DNA of 64,000 bases from Octopus sinensis (GCF_006345805.1 NC_043000.1:147064001-147128000); one strand, 5' to 3'; shown: positions 1 through 11,842, counted from the first letter of the stretch. Program-made: numbers and translations. Notes: generated by a model from the sequence alone, not told the origin.

Positions 1-18
1 CTATATATCCTGCGCCAT

Positions 19-70
<52 letters not shown>

Positions 71-293
71 GAAATATATTAAATAACTAAGTCTCTCTAA
101 AAGAACAGCGGCAGCGGTTCCCGGAAAATAATAGTTATCGCCATACTAATATGGCATTCTTATAAAAATAAGAAAAAAGCGTCCGCTTATTAGCTCCATG
201 AGGCCATCGCCTTAAGTTAGCTATTTGATACACAAACTGTATCCATATAACCTTCGAACAAGCGAGGTCTCGCTCCACACTACTTGACCGGCA

Positions 294-335
294 GCTACAG
301 ACGCGTTTCGGGGTATTGCCCCTTTTCAATGCAGC
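294..335 (-). ncRNA. Second, identical copy of the U3-A8 hammerhead motif
   Basis: Exact reverse complement of 740-781 (plus strand gctacagacgcgtttcggggtattgccccttttcaatgcagc). Confidence 0.75.
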
Positions 336-739
336 GAGCCAGCCAGTAGGTGTCGCTTCCGACAATCTCTGTTCGATGGTTTTATTTACCTAGTTTCGGT
401 GGAATACATCCCGAAACGCGTCTGTAGCTGCCGGTCAAGATTGGAGCGACTGACCTCCTTGTTCGAAGGTTATATGGATACAGTTTGTGTATCAAATAGC
501 TAACTTAGACGATGGCCTCATGAGCTAATAAGCGGACAGCTTTTTTCTTATTTTTATAAGATGCCATATTAGTATGGCGATAATTATTATTTTCCGGAAC
601 GCTGCCGCTGTTCTCTTTTAGAGAGACTTAGTTATTTTAATATTTCTATTATTGAAAACAGTGGATGTATTCCACCGAAACTAGGTAAATAAAACCATCG
701 AACAGAGATTGTCGGAAGCGACACCTACTGGCTGGCTAC

Positions 740-781
740 GCTGCATTGAAAAGGGGCAATACCCCGAAACGCGTCTGTAGC
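740..781 (+). ncRNA. Minimal type I hammerhead ribozyme motif, U3-A8 core variant, GUC cleavage site after 775
   Basis: GCTGCA (stem I) - TTGAAAA (core) - GGGG CAATA CCCC (stem II) - GAA - AC GC GT (palindromic stem III) - C - TGTAGC (stem I', one G-U pair). Folded by eye. Confidence 0.75.
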
Positions 782-1004
782 TGTAGTGTGGAGCGACTGA
801 CTCCCTTGTTCGAAGGTTATATGGATAGTTTGTGTATCAAATAGCTAACTTAAGGCGATGAGCTAATAAGCGGACAGCTTTTTTCTTATTTTTATAAGAA
901 TGCCATATTAGTATGGCGATAACTATATATATATATATATAATATATATTTGTATGTGTTGCTATGTTTGTCTTTCTATCACCACCTGACAATCGGTGTT
1001 GGTA

Positions 1005-1420
1005 TACTCTTTTTACTCTTTTACTTGTTTCAGTCATTTGACTGCGGCCATGCTGGAGCACCGCCTTTAGTCGAACAAATCGACCCCGGGACTTATTCTT
1101 TGTAAGCCCAGTACTTATTCTATCGGTCTCTTTTTGCCGAACCGCTAAGTGACGGGGACATAAACACACCAGCATCGGTTGTCAAGCAATGCTAGGGGGA
1201 CAAACACAGACACACAAACACACACATACATATAATATATATATATATATATATACAACAGGCTTCTTTCTCAGTTTCCGTCTACCAAATCCACTCACAA
1301 GGCATTGGTCGGCCCGGGCTATAGCAGAAGACACTTGCCCAAGGTGCCACGCAGTGGGACTGAACCCGGAACCATGAGGTTGGTTGGCAGCTACTTACCA
1401 CACAGCCACTCCTGCGCCTA
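1005..1420 (-). mobile_element. tRNA-headed CORE-type SINE (octopus OR-like family A), full length
   Basis: Minus strand begins taggcgcaggagtggctgtgtggtaag (A-box), then ggttcagtcccac (B-box) and CORE-like caccttgggcaagtgtctt. It has an internal (TA)/(TG) tract and a (taaaagag)n tail. Near-identical copies occur elsewhere in the window. Confidence 0.85.
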
Positions 1421-1661
1421 TGTTTATGTTCCTGAAACTTAACAGTTTGGCAGAGACCAATAGAATACATACTAGGCTTTAAAAATAAATACTGGAATCT
1501 ATTCATTCGACTAAAAAATTCAAGGTATTGCCCCAGCATGCCCGCAGTCTAATGACGGAAACAGATAAAAGATATATATATATATATATACACTTGCATA
1601 TATATTTTCATATAAATAAATATACATTTATATATTCACACACACACACACACACACACAC

Positions 1662-1709
<48 letters not shown>

Positions 1710-1714
1710 CACAC

Positions 1715-1752
<38 letters not shown>

Positions 1753-1882
1753 GTGGTGGTAAAGTCTGGATACATAGTTTCTTTAGGCAAACTCATTTTC
1801 AATCTGCTAAAGGAAAAAAGAATATTAATATTTCAGGTATCCAGATTTTATGGCCACCCTATCTAGACACATATACTATATA

Positions 1883-1939
<57 letters not shown>

Positions 1940-2554
1940 CGTGTGTATGGGGGGTCTGTTTGTGTGTGTGTGTGTGAGAGAGGTTGTCCAAATTGTCGGG
2001 AAAAACTTCTCGAAACACAAATATATAAAAATCTGTATGACTAATATAACTATCAACTGATAAAGAATTCATTTTCTAAATGTATTTTGAGGAATAAACT
2101 ATATTTACTGCTCCCGATAATGCTCTTGCCGTATTTTTTTGATGGACTCCGGTGAGTAAACTTCCACTGAATATAACTTAGTCGAATATCTATTAAGATT
2201 CCCTCATTTTAGTTGTATTTTTTTTTTTTTTTTGTTATTTCGTGACGTGACTGTTGATAGTATATTTAATCTGGATAAAATTGTGTGGCCTGTTATTCCA
2301 GCCGGGCTCGTTGGACTGTTTACAGAGTAAGCTTGATCGTGGATACATGGTTTCGTGTCCCGGTGGTATTGATATGTATACATTTTTAAAATAGATTTAT
2401 GCTGCACAGCGTTTAACAAAGACATACACAGGAGCAAACCCATATACACATACAGTATTTTCAAGTGAAACAAAAACCGAAGAGTTTGTCTGGTGACTCG
2501 AGTTTCACGCACTGAAATAATGTACGTGGATGCATATATGTATATATTATTTTT

Positions 2555-2760
2555 ATTCTTTTATTTGTTTCAGGCATTTGATTGCGGCCATGCTGGAGCA
2601 CCGCCTTTAGTTGAACAAATCGACCCCAGTACTTATTCTTTGTAAGCCTAGTACTTATTCTATCGGTCTATTTTGCCAAACCTCTCATTTACGGGGACGT
2701 GAACAAACCAGCATCGGTTGTCAAGTGATGGTGGAGGTGACAAACGCATACATACATACA
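2555..2760 (-). mobile_element. SINE family A, 3' fragment
   Basis: Shares gcggccatgctggagcaccgcctttagt...acttattctatcggt with 1030-1200. Confidence 0.75.
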
Positions 2761-2900
2761 CATATTACATTTACAGATAAATTCCTCTATTTACATAATA
2801 TCGAGGTCTTTTTCATTCTTTTGTTGTCTTACCATATATATATATATATACCATATATATATATATATATATGGTATATATATATTTATTTATATATATA

Positions 2901-3292
2901 TACTAGCAGTATCGCCCGGCATTGCTCGGGTTTGTAAGGGAAATAACTATATAAGCATTTTTAGAGAGTTATAGCCAAAAAATAGCAAAAAATTGCATTA
3001 AAATGGAAAAAAAAATTATGGTAAATTTTTTTTTAAAATCGTTGACTCATCGTAGACATTTTTAGAGAGTTACTTCCCTTATAAATTGAAAAATGCATTA
3101 AAATGGAAAAAATTATGGTAATTTTGTTTTTAAATCGTAGATTCATCGTAGACGCGCGCTAATACACAGAAGGGCTCGATATGAATTACGACTATAAGAT
3201 ACCCGGTTTTGGTTAAACTGCACCGCAAAATGTGGGAGAAGTTAGGAATCTAAATCGTAGGAGACAGACACACAACATCACTTTTATATATA
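2901..3292 (+). mobile_element. Non-autonomous Helitron/Helentron-like element
   Basis: Starts tactagcagtatcgcccggcattgctcggg (short hairpin), has an internal ~80-bp direct duplication, and ends acagacacac...cttttatatata, inserted in a (TA)n tract. The layout resembles Lep1/HINE-type elements. Recognised by eye only. Confidence 0.5.
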
Positions 3293-3299
3293 AAAATTT

Positions 3300-3458
3300 A
3301 CGACGGGTTTCTTTCAGTTTCCGTCTAGCAATTCCACTCACAAGGCTTTGGTCGGCCCGAAGCTATAGTAGAAGACACTTGCCCAAGGTGCAACGCAGTG
3401 GGACTGAACCCGGAACCATGTGGTTGGGAAGCAAGCTACTTACCACACAGCCACTCCT
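3300..3458 (-). mobile_element. SINE family A, head region
   Basis: A/B-box head and CORE-like segment match 1260-1420. Confidence 0.8.
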
Positions 3459-3604
3459 AAAAGATAAAATATATACATTATCTTTTACTTGTTTTGGTGT
3501 TTGGATTGCGGCTATGCTAGAGCACCAGATTGAATGGTTTAATCAAATCGCCCCCAGTCTTTCATTATCCTGCTAAGTTACGGGGATAAAGATTCCCTTC
3601 GATC

Positions 3605-3890
3605 ATTAATAACCATAAGATTGCACCTAGAAAGTTCCCCTCCAAAGTACAAGTTGTTTATGGAAGACGAGTAGTCGCTCATGCGTACCAGCTTCCCCTC
3701 TCCACACCACCGATGTTATCCAAGAGAAATTCAAAGACCGATACAGCTTGGTATCAGTGACGTGAGAACTGAATGAACTGGAGCAACGTGAAATAAAGTG
3801 ACTTGCTCATGAGCACAACACACAGTCCGGTACAGGGATTGGACTCACTACCCCATGATTGTGAGTACGAGACTCTAACCACTGAGCCAT
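3605..3890 (-). mobile_element. tRNA-headed SINE family C
   Basis: Minus-strand head atggctcagtggttagag; body shared with 23445-23655 and 25735-26030 (gattgcacctagaaagtt...cttcccctctccac). Confidence 0.7.
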
Positions 3891-3940
3891 AACAAATCAA
3901 AACCTGTTGTTTAATAGGGGGAACACAAAGGCATGTGCAA

Positions 3941-3974
<34 letters not shown>

Positions 3975-3976
<2 letters not shown>

Positions 3977-4158
3977 TAATAGTTATCGCCACAATATGGC
4001 TGTCGCTGTCGCTGATTAGCTCCATGAGGCCACCGCCTCAAGCTAGCTATTTGACACACGAACCTGCGTCCATTACAAACCTTCGAACAAGGGAGGTTAA
4101 TTTCCAGTAACGCTGCCGTATCCTCCTTTAAGAGACTTAGTAATTTTATATTTTCTAT

Positions 4159-4162
<4 letters not shown>
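3975..4162. mobile_element. Older, diverged relic of the 353-bp hammerhead family; hammerhead lost
   Basis: 3975-4097 aligns to 128-268 and 4100-4162 aligns to 587-651 (opposite sense). (TA)n on both sides. Confidence 0.65.
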
Positions 4163-4195
<33 letters not shown>

Positions 4196-4980
4196 CGATA
4201 CAATAATTGTTTCTTGTCAGGAACAAAAAGATTTAATAAGACTGCAATAGAAGTGCTCTATTAGAAGAGACAAAAACATCAAACTAAAATCATTGAACAA
4301 GCAAATAACAATACAACCGCATGTCATTTCATCTTCGAACATTAATATAGAATAAACATATAATCCGCAAGATGGAACAAATTCATATGTCACACGTATA
4401 ATAATAATATAATATTAATATGGTATGGTGCAAGAAAAATTCTTGTTAAAACTTAGAATTAATATTCTAGCGATTCAAGAGAATACATTTATAAGGACGT
4501 AGAAGTAAAATATAATATAAGCAATCTATAAAATATATAGGTATATAAAAATATAGGCATATAAAAATATATAAAACATATAAATATATATACATATGGG
4601 AGCTATAAAAATATATAACTATATATAATATATAAATATAACATATATATATATATATATATATATCGTGGTAATAAAGTAAAATATGTTCATCGTTTAA
4701 ATCTTAATCGGTAAAATAAGCCTTATATATAAGAAGGAAATCATGTTTACTTATCCCTATGGCCATTTCAGGGGTGTATTATGTTTAAAGCACTAGGGTG
4801 CATTTCGATAATACCGTCCTTCGTCGGGGAAAAAAATGTATATAAAACGCAAAGATAGCCATCACGCACCAGGCCCGTACGGTGTTGTTTGCTTTCCCAC
4901 CCTTTGGTTTCATGCACGGATAACCCAAGGACAAGCAGTGTAAGAATTTTTTTTTTCTTTTAAAGCAGTAGAGGAAAGGT

Positions 4981-5011
<31 letters not shown>

Positions 5012-5177
5012 AATCAAATAATTCCAATGAATTAAATTGAACTAAATTGACTTAAAAGGAGCCTCCGTGTTTCAAATCCTGCAAAACTTAACTACTTTTA
5101 TTTTTCAATTTATTTACTTTCTATATACTCAAAAAGAATGGGTTCCTTCCTTAACTAAATTAAACTGACTTAACTGG

Positions 5178-5277
5178 NNNNNNNNNNNNNNNNNNNNNNN
5201 NNNNNNNNNNNNNNNNNNNNNNNNNNNNNNNNNNNNNNNNNNNNNNNNNNNNNNNNNNNNNNNNNNNNNNNNNNNNN
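5178..5277. other. Assembly gap (100 N)
   Basis: Run of 100 n. Confidence 1.
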
Positions 5278-5367
5278 ACACTTGCCCAAGATGCCACGCA
5301 GTGGGACTGAACCCGGAACCATGTGGTTGGTTAGCAAGCTACTTACCACACAGCCACTCCTGCGCCT
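5278..5367 (-). mobile_element. SINE family A head, truncated by the gap
   Basis: cttgcccaagatgccacgcagtgggactgaacccggaaccatg...cagccactcctgcgcc. Confidence 0.8.
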
Positions 5368-5368
5368 G

Positions 5369-5792
5369 CTGATGAATTTTCTTCGCATTTCTAGAAGTGA
5401 CGGTCGTGGCAGGTCTTCCAGATTGCTCATCGTTTTCCAGGGACGTTTTTCCCATTCTGAAGCGCCCGTGTCACTCGAAACGTTGTGTACGACCCATTAC
5501 CTCTTCGCCCTAAGCTTGCCGGGGCGTGCTCAATGTTTCTATAGCAGACATCCCAAGTTCAACGCAATAATTAACGTTGGCTCTTTGTTCCTGTTCATGA
5601 GAAAAACGCATACTACATCACACACATGATCACAATAGCACAAATTTCACACCTTGCGAAATAAATACGGTGTTGTCACTTGCACACTACCTCATAGAGG
5701 TCGCTACTAGCTCTCATTGCGCACGCAGTCGTGTGTTGCCGTTTGTTGGCACGATACACAGCTAGTCCGGGAACCTTTTGATATCACGTTTA
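5369..5792 (-). mobile_element. Tc1/mariner remnant: 5' TIR plus degenerate transposase N-terminal HTH
   Basis: Minus translation EQRANVNYCVELGMSAIETLSTPRQA*GEEVMGRTQRFE*HGRFRMGKTSLENDEQSGRP resembles the mariner paired-like domain. TIR gatatcaaaaggttcccggactag matches the TIR at 48590-48621. Confidence 0.8.
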
Positions 5793-6569
5793 TGTATGTA
5801 TATGCCATATGCATATAGAGACAAATATATATTGGTTTGATTCTTATTGAAAATAAAACAGAGCTTGTTTCGTTTCTCGAGCTTCACACCACTAAGACAA
5901 TATGTATGTGTATGTGTATGTGTGTGTGTATGTTGCTTAACGTCGGCTGAACGAAAAAAGAGTGCTCAATATATATTGTAGAGGATATGTCTTTTTTTTT
6001 TATTCAAACAAAGATTTGCCTCGCCACTCGCGTTTCACGAAGATCGCAATGGCATGAAACTCGAGTAGCACGATAAACTCTTCAGTTTTAGTAAAAGAAA
6101 AACATCTTTATATATGAATAGTATCTATAATGAATGAAGCGTGTGCTCATGTAAGTGCGTATATGTAATTATAGGAGAATACACTCAATACGTTGAAATA
6201 AGTTAGAAAAGAGTTACTTAATTTGAATTTGTGAGAGTGCTTTTCAAGTCGTTTGATAAATAAAACCATGAGATATGGAAAGCACTTATATAGATGTATG
6301 TGTGTATATGTGCATATGGGTGTATATGTGTGGGGTGGTGTCTGCGCGCTAGTTTGTAGGTGGCGCATGTGTATTTGTATGTGTGCGTGAGAATATGTTT
6401 GTGTATGTGAAAGAGTGTACTTTCCTTGGCGGTGATTCATAAGACAGCAACATAGACTGAAAAATGGAAACGCGTATACATGCGGGTTTATGTATATTTA
6501 TTTGAATAGATTATTTTTTTGTTCGTACATATAAGTGTGTATTTATATGTATTGTAGACAACCATATAC

Positions 6570-6623
6570 ATACACACACACACACACACATATACAAATA
6601 CATACATACATATACTATATATA

Positions 6624-6679
<56 letters not shown>

Positions 6680-6712
6680 ATTTGATACCTATCAAAGTAT
6701 CAAAGTATCAAA

Positions 6713-6751
<39 letters not shown>

Positions 6752-6783
6752 TATATATATATATATTTACATATATATGTATG

Positions 6784-6822
<39 letters not shown>

Positions 6823-7011
6823 ATATATATTATATATATATATACTGTCTATGTAAACAAACTGGGCTCAGATGTATATATATATATATATATATACAAT
6901 ATAAAAACCTATGTAGGTAAATAAAGGAGTTTACTATATATATATATATGTATATATCTATGACATGTGATTATATATATATATATATATATATTATAAT
7001 ATCTACATACA

Positions 7012-7042
<31 letters not shown>

Positions 7043-7125
7043 ATATATTATATATATATATTATATATATATATATATATTATATTATATATAACATATA
7101 TACACTAACATAGATACATATTTGT

Positions 7126-7184
<59 letters not shown>

Positions 7185-7215
7185 ATATATATAATATATA
7201 ATATATATATATATA
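6570..7215. repeat. (CA)n/(TA)n microsatellite block
   Basis: Interrupted dinucleotide tracts; source of the YIYI-type pseudo-ORFs. Confidence 0.95.
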
Positions 7216-7631
7216 AAGTTTAGAAAATGAAAATGGTAACTTTCGGTTCGGGTCGAATGAGGGCATAACTGAAATCAGTTCTTACGCCAGGCAATGTCAA
7301 CGGTCTTGTTGGACTTCACTGCAAAGACATAATTCTTAACTAACGAGAATTAAATCTGTTCATTGTCAGAAGTATTATAAACGAGCCGTTAATTGGGCAA
7401 TGCGACGGTCTTAAACTGGTGATGTCAATATAGCGGCTTATTGATTTAGTAAATCAAATGTGAAAGGTTAACTATTGCTTTCATATTTGAAAGATACATC
7501 TGAGATCAGATCAGATCTGAGCAGTGGAATAATAATGATTGGTTGGAACAAATACGTCGCCTTTTTCAACAGACAATCTATTTCAATTTGCTTGCTTGAT
7601 GCGTATATATATATATATATGTGTGTGTGTT

Positions 7632-7662
<31 letters not shown>

Positions 7663-8541
7663 CGTTTGTTTATGTGTTCATGTAATTTACATATATATAT
7701 ATTATATACTATATATATTATATATATATATATATATATAATATATATATTCTATAGTGTGTGTGTGTGTGTGTGTGTATACGTGTATTTATTTATATAT
7801 ATATGCATACATACCCACACTACACACATGCACACACACACACACACTCAAACAGACACACACATGTGTGTGTGTGTGTGGTGACTTTCAGATTTTGACA
7901 TAGACGAAACAGCAAGTCGGCTGCTTTGGATCTGTAATGCTCAGTTTCGAATTTTGAAAGGCTAATTTTATCGCAGAGGTATACTATGCACATATATTTG
8001 TTTCTAGTTGTCTCTGAGGGAATATGAACGTAAGTATGTATGTATCTATTTATGTAGTATGTATGTATGTATGTATGTATCTATGTATGTATGTATGACG
8101 AACATCCAACAACTGAGAGTGAGAGACCCCCTTGTCTTTGTTTAGAAATCTCTTAAGGAGAAAGAAATTCCGAAATAACACCTGCGTCATTGCGACGCCG
8201 GAAATTTTGTGCTGGGTTCTTTCTGGATTAGCTGGCTTTGTAGAAGAGAGTTTTAACAGTATAGTGGAAGCTGTTATTGACTTAAAATTTCAGCGCAGAC
8301 ATTACTGACAGATGATGCCTTTAATATCTAAAGATAAGATAATATGTCAGTGATAGTGGTAAGTTGTCAGTCATTTGTCCAGATACCCGTCTATGCGTTG
8401 ACAACCACCATTTTGTGTGTGTGTGTGTGTGTGTGCGGTTGGTGTTTTGAGGTATATTTTAACCAGCTACCAGTTCGCAGGCAATGTTATGAAAGAAAGT
8501 GTCTGTTCGTTATCCTTTGCACAATCATTCATTCATTATAT

Positions 8542-8742
8542 CAGTGGTTTTCAACCAGGGTTCCGCCAGTACAGTCCAGGGGTTCCGCAAGAAGTTACAA
8601 AACTGCTAAAATCGACAGTAATTTTTAAGTCTCCTGTGCAGATATGTGTGCATAAGACTATTAAATTATTGAACAGGGGTTCCTCGAGCCAGTGGAATGT
8701 TTCCTTGGGGTTCCGCTCCAGCAAAATGTTTGAAAAGCACTG
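8542..8742. mobile_element. hAT-like MITE (~200 bp)
   Basis: TIRs cagtggttttcaac / tttgaaaagcactg; flanks share attatat (7 bp of the expected 8-bp TSD); internal ggggttcc repeats. Confidence 0.7.
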
Positions 8743-8898
8743 ATTATATTTTTAAAAGGTCTTGCAGATTTCATTATCCCAGATATCTTAAGAATGTATG
8801 AATGAATACAGTAGTTTCCAAAGAATCCACCGGCACATTTATTATAGAAGGTGAGTTTCATAGATGCATACACGCCTACACATAAATATATAATATAT

Positions 8899-9312
8899 TA
8901 CTCTTTACTCTTTTTACTCTTTTACTTGTTTCAGTCAGTCATTGACTGCGGCCATGCTGGAGCACCGCCTTTAGTCGAGCAAATCGACCCAGGACTTATT
9001 CTTTGTAAGCCCAGTACTTATTCTATCGGTCTCTTTTTGCCGAACCGCTAAGTAACGGGACGTAAGTACACCAGCATCGTTGTCAAGCAATGCTAGGGGG
9101 ACAAACACAGACACACAAACACACACCTATATATATATATACATATATACGACAGGCTTCTTTCAGTTCCGTCAACCAAATCCACTCACAAGGCATTGGT
9201 CGGCCCGGGCTATAGCAGAAGACACTTGCTCAAGATGCCACGCAGTGGGACTGAACCCAGAACCATGTGGCTGGTAAGCAAGCTACTTACCACACAGCCA
9301 CTCCTGCGTCTA
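8899..9312 (-). mobile_element. SINE family A, full length
   Basis: Colinear and highly similar to 1005-1420. Confidence 0.85.
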
Positions 9313-9582
9313 TATGGTATATAATAGACATTCAGATACATGCGTACCTTCACATATACTTCGAGAATGTATGCAGCTCCGTAAGTCATATGCTACAGAT
9401 ATGTACGATATCTGAGACAATAAAACTCATCAAAGATTTTTTAAAATGTAAACTATGAATAGTTGTGAAAAGGGGAACGGGACTCTTTGTTTTACAGCCT
9501 TACCACCGACCAGGTGACAGGTAAAAATAAACCCTCAAGATGAGAAATACATACATACACACACACATATATATATGTGTGT

Positions 9583-9687
<105 letters not shown>

Positions 9688-9893
9688 AGACTGACCACAA
9701 AGAGGTCGAAACCTTATTGTCCGGTGGTCTCCTGGCTGGAAGATGGTCGGGTTCACCCACACCCGCTGCTTGCAATATATATCGGTTACTTACTGCATTG
9801 AATAACCAGCTGGATGAGGCGTCCTTCTGGGCTTAAGAAAAGCAGTAGCATCGGTTTCTGCGGAACAGCCATGTTTAGGTGGCAATAGATATT

Positions 9894-10876
9894 CTTTTCT
9901 TCACTAGGTACAAGGCCTGAAATTTTGGTGGAGGGGGCCAGTCGATAAGCTCGATTCCCAGTACGCAACTGGTACTTAATTTATCGACCCCGAAAGGATG
10001 AAAAGCAAAATCGACCTCGGCGGAATTTGAACTCAGAACGTAAAAACAGACGAAATACCTATTTCTTTACTACCAACAAGGGGTTAAACACAGAGAGGAC
10101 AAACAAGGACAGAGAAAGGGATTAAGTCGATTATATCGACTCCAGTGCGTAACTGGTACTTATTTAATCGACTCCGAAAGGAAGAAAAGCAAAGTCGACC
10201 CCGGCAGAATTTGAACTCAGAGCATAAAGACAGACGAAATACCTATTTCTTTATTATCCACAAGGGGCTAAATACAGAGGGGACAAACAAGGACAGACAA
10301 ACGGATTAAGTCGATTATATCGACCCCAGTGCGTAACTGGTACTTATTTAATCGACCCCGAAAGGAAGAAAGGCAAAGTCGACCTCGGTGGAATTTGAAC
10401 TCAGAACGTAGCGGCAGACTAAATACCGCTAAGCATTTCACCCGGCATGCTAACGTTTCTTATTTCTTTATCGCCCACAAGGGGCTAAACATAGAGGTGA
10501 CAAACAAGGACAGACAAACGGATTAAGTCGTTTACATCGATCCCAGTGCATAACTGGTACTTAATTTATCGACCCCGAAAGAAAGAAAGGCAAAGTCGAC
10601 CTCGGCGGAATTTGAACTCAGAACGTAGCGGCAGACGAAATACCTATTTCTTTATTACCCACAAGGGGCTAAACACAGAGGGGACAAACAAGGACAGACA
10701 AACGGATTAAGTCGATTATATCGACCCCAGTGCGTAACTGGTACTTAATTTATCGACCCCGAAAGGATGAAAGGCAAAGTCGACCTCGGAATTTGAACTC
10801 AGAACGTAGCGACAGACGAAATACCGCTAAGCATTTTGCCCGGCGTGCTAACGTTTCTGCCAACTCGCCACCTTCC
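9894..10876 (-). mobile_element. Five head-to-tail units of tRNA-headed SINE family B (Meta-like central domain) inside one 16-bp TSD
   Basis: One full head at 10876 (aaggtggcgagttggcagaaacgttagc). The block gccttt(c)atcctttcggggtcgataaa occurs five times. ggtggcaatagatatt flanks the array at 9878-9893 and 10877-10892. Confidence 0.85.
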
Positions 10877-11039
10877 GGTGGCAATAGATATTGCTTCTCA
10901 ATGTGATTCTTGCTTTCGTCTCTTGTAGAGATTTCCGAACTGACTAATTTGCTTGTTGCAAAATCAGTGACAGTGTATCACTATTGTCCTGTATATTACG
11001 AGCTGGAATGAATTAATGCTATCTCTAGCAGACGGGAAT

Positions 11040-11088
11040 CCACCACCGAGGATGACTACAAAGTGGTAGAAACTGTATTGTCTGGTGG
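11040..11088 (+). ncRNA. Degenerate type I hammerhead motif (CCGAGGA core), GUC site after 11082
   Basis: CCACCA - CCGAGGA - T - GACTAC AAA GTGGTA - GAA - AC TGTATT GT - C - TGGTGG. Perfect 6-bp stem I. The sister half-copy at 9692-9727 (TGACCACAAAGAGGTCGAAACCTTATTGTCCGGTGG) supports a GACCAC/GTGGTC stem II consensus. Confidence 0.5.
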
Positions 11089-11378
11089 TCTTGTGGCTGG
11101 AAGATAGTAGGAGTTCAATCCTCTACTTGCAATATATATCGGATGCAGATTGCATCGAATAACCAGTTGGAGGAAGCATCCTCCTGGGCTTAAGAAAAGC
11201 AGTAGCGTCGGTCCCTGCGGAGCAGCCATGTCTACGTGGCGATAGGTATTGCTTCTTAGTTCGGTTGCTGCTATCGACTATCGTAGAGATTTTCTAACTG
11301 GCTAATTCGCTTGTTATATATATATCAGAAATATTAAATTTCTAAATATCTCATAGAGATATGTACGGTGGTGGGGCG

Positions 11379-11673
11379 ATAGAATGGTTGTATACTGTCA
11401 ATCTAACGTGAACGTGACAGTAGGGGATTACACCACCGCTGTTTAACCCTAGGAAGCATCGACGCTTCCTGATGGCTTCGACACATTTTTTCCCTGTGTC
11501 CTTATATATTTACGAAGAGGGGTGTTTGTCTCCCCTTCGTAAATATATAAGGACACAGGAAAAAAATGTGTCGAAGCCATCAGGAAGCGTCGATGCTTCC
11601 TAGGGCTAAACAGCGGTGATGTAATCCCCTACTGTCACGTTCACGTTAGATTGACAGTATACAACCATTCTAT
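11379..11673. repeat. Long near-perfect inverted repeat (arms ~143 bp, ~9-nt loop)
   Basis: atagaatggttgtatactgtca...tacgaagagggg / ccccttcgta...tgacagtatacaaccattctat; about 5 differences by eye. Confidence 0.95.
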
Positions 11674-11764
11674 ATATCTATAATTTTTAAAAAACGACCG
11701 TTATTTATGCACCAATCCAATATATATATAAATACACACACACATACATGCACATACACACCTA

Positions 11765-11842
<78 letters not shown>

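Larger units (their letters stand above)
65..923. mobile_element. Non-coding Penelope-like/retrozyme-type element, 353-bp unit with hammerhead: one minus copy (65-411) joined head-to-head to about 1.45 tandem plus copies (411-923)
   Basis: 411-651 and 662-923 are reverse complements of parts of 65-411. GAAACGCGTCTGTAGC recurs at 413 and 766 (period 353). Both outer ends run into (TA)n. Hammerhead motifs are present (next features). Confidence 0.75.
9690..11320 (+). mobile_element. Decayed tandem dimer of a ~362-bp hammerhead-bearing unit, interrupted by a SINE multimer
   Basis: 9692-9893 aligns with 11053-11250, and 10877-10960 aligns with 11237-11320. Removing the 999-bp insert gives a period of ~362 between the GAAAC motifs at 9708 and 11069. 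Confidence 0.6.

Noticed and set aside
4790-4835. Minus-strand CCGACGA…TCGAAATGCAC hammerhead-like string
   Set aside because: Stems I and II cannot be paired convincingly.
5178-5277. Anything spanning the N run
   Set aside because: A 100-N scaffold gap of unknown true length; adjacency across it is unreliable.
7885-8310. Two candidate exons after ttcag/tttag acceptors (DFDIDETASRLLW…; NLLRRKKFRNNTC…)
   Set aside because: Both frames hit stops, no convincing donor was found, and no protein family was recognised.
9894-10876. CRISPR array or tRNA gene cluster
   Set aside because: Units are ~185-230 bp SINE bodies with no unique spacers. Heads have A/B boxes but no cloverleaf.
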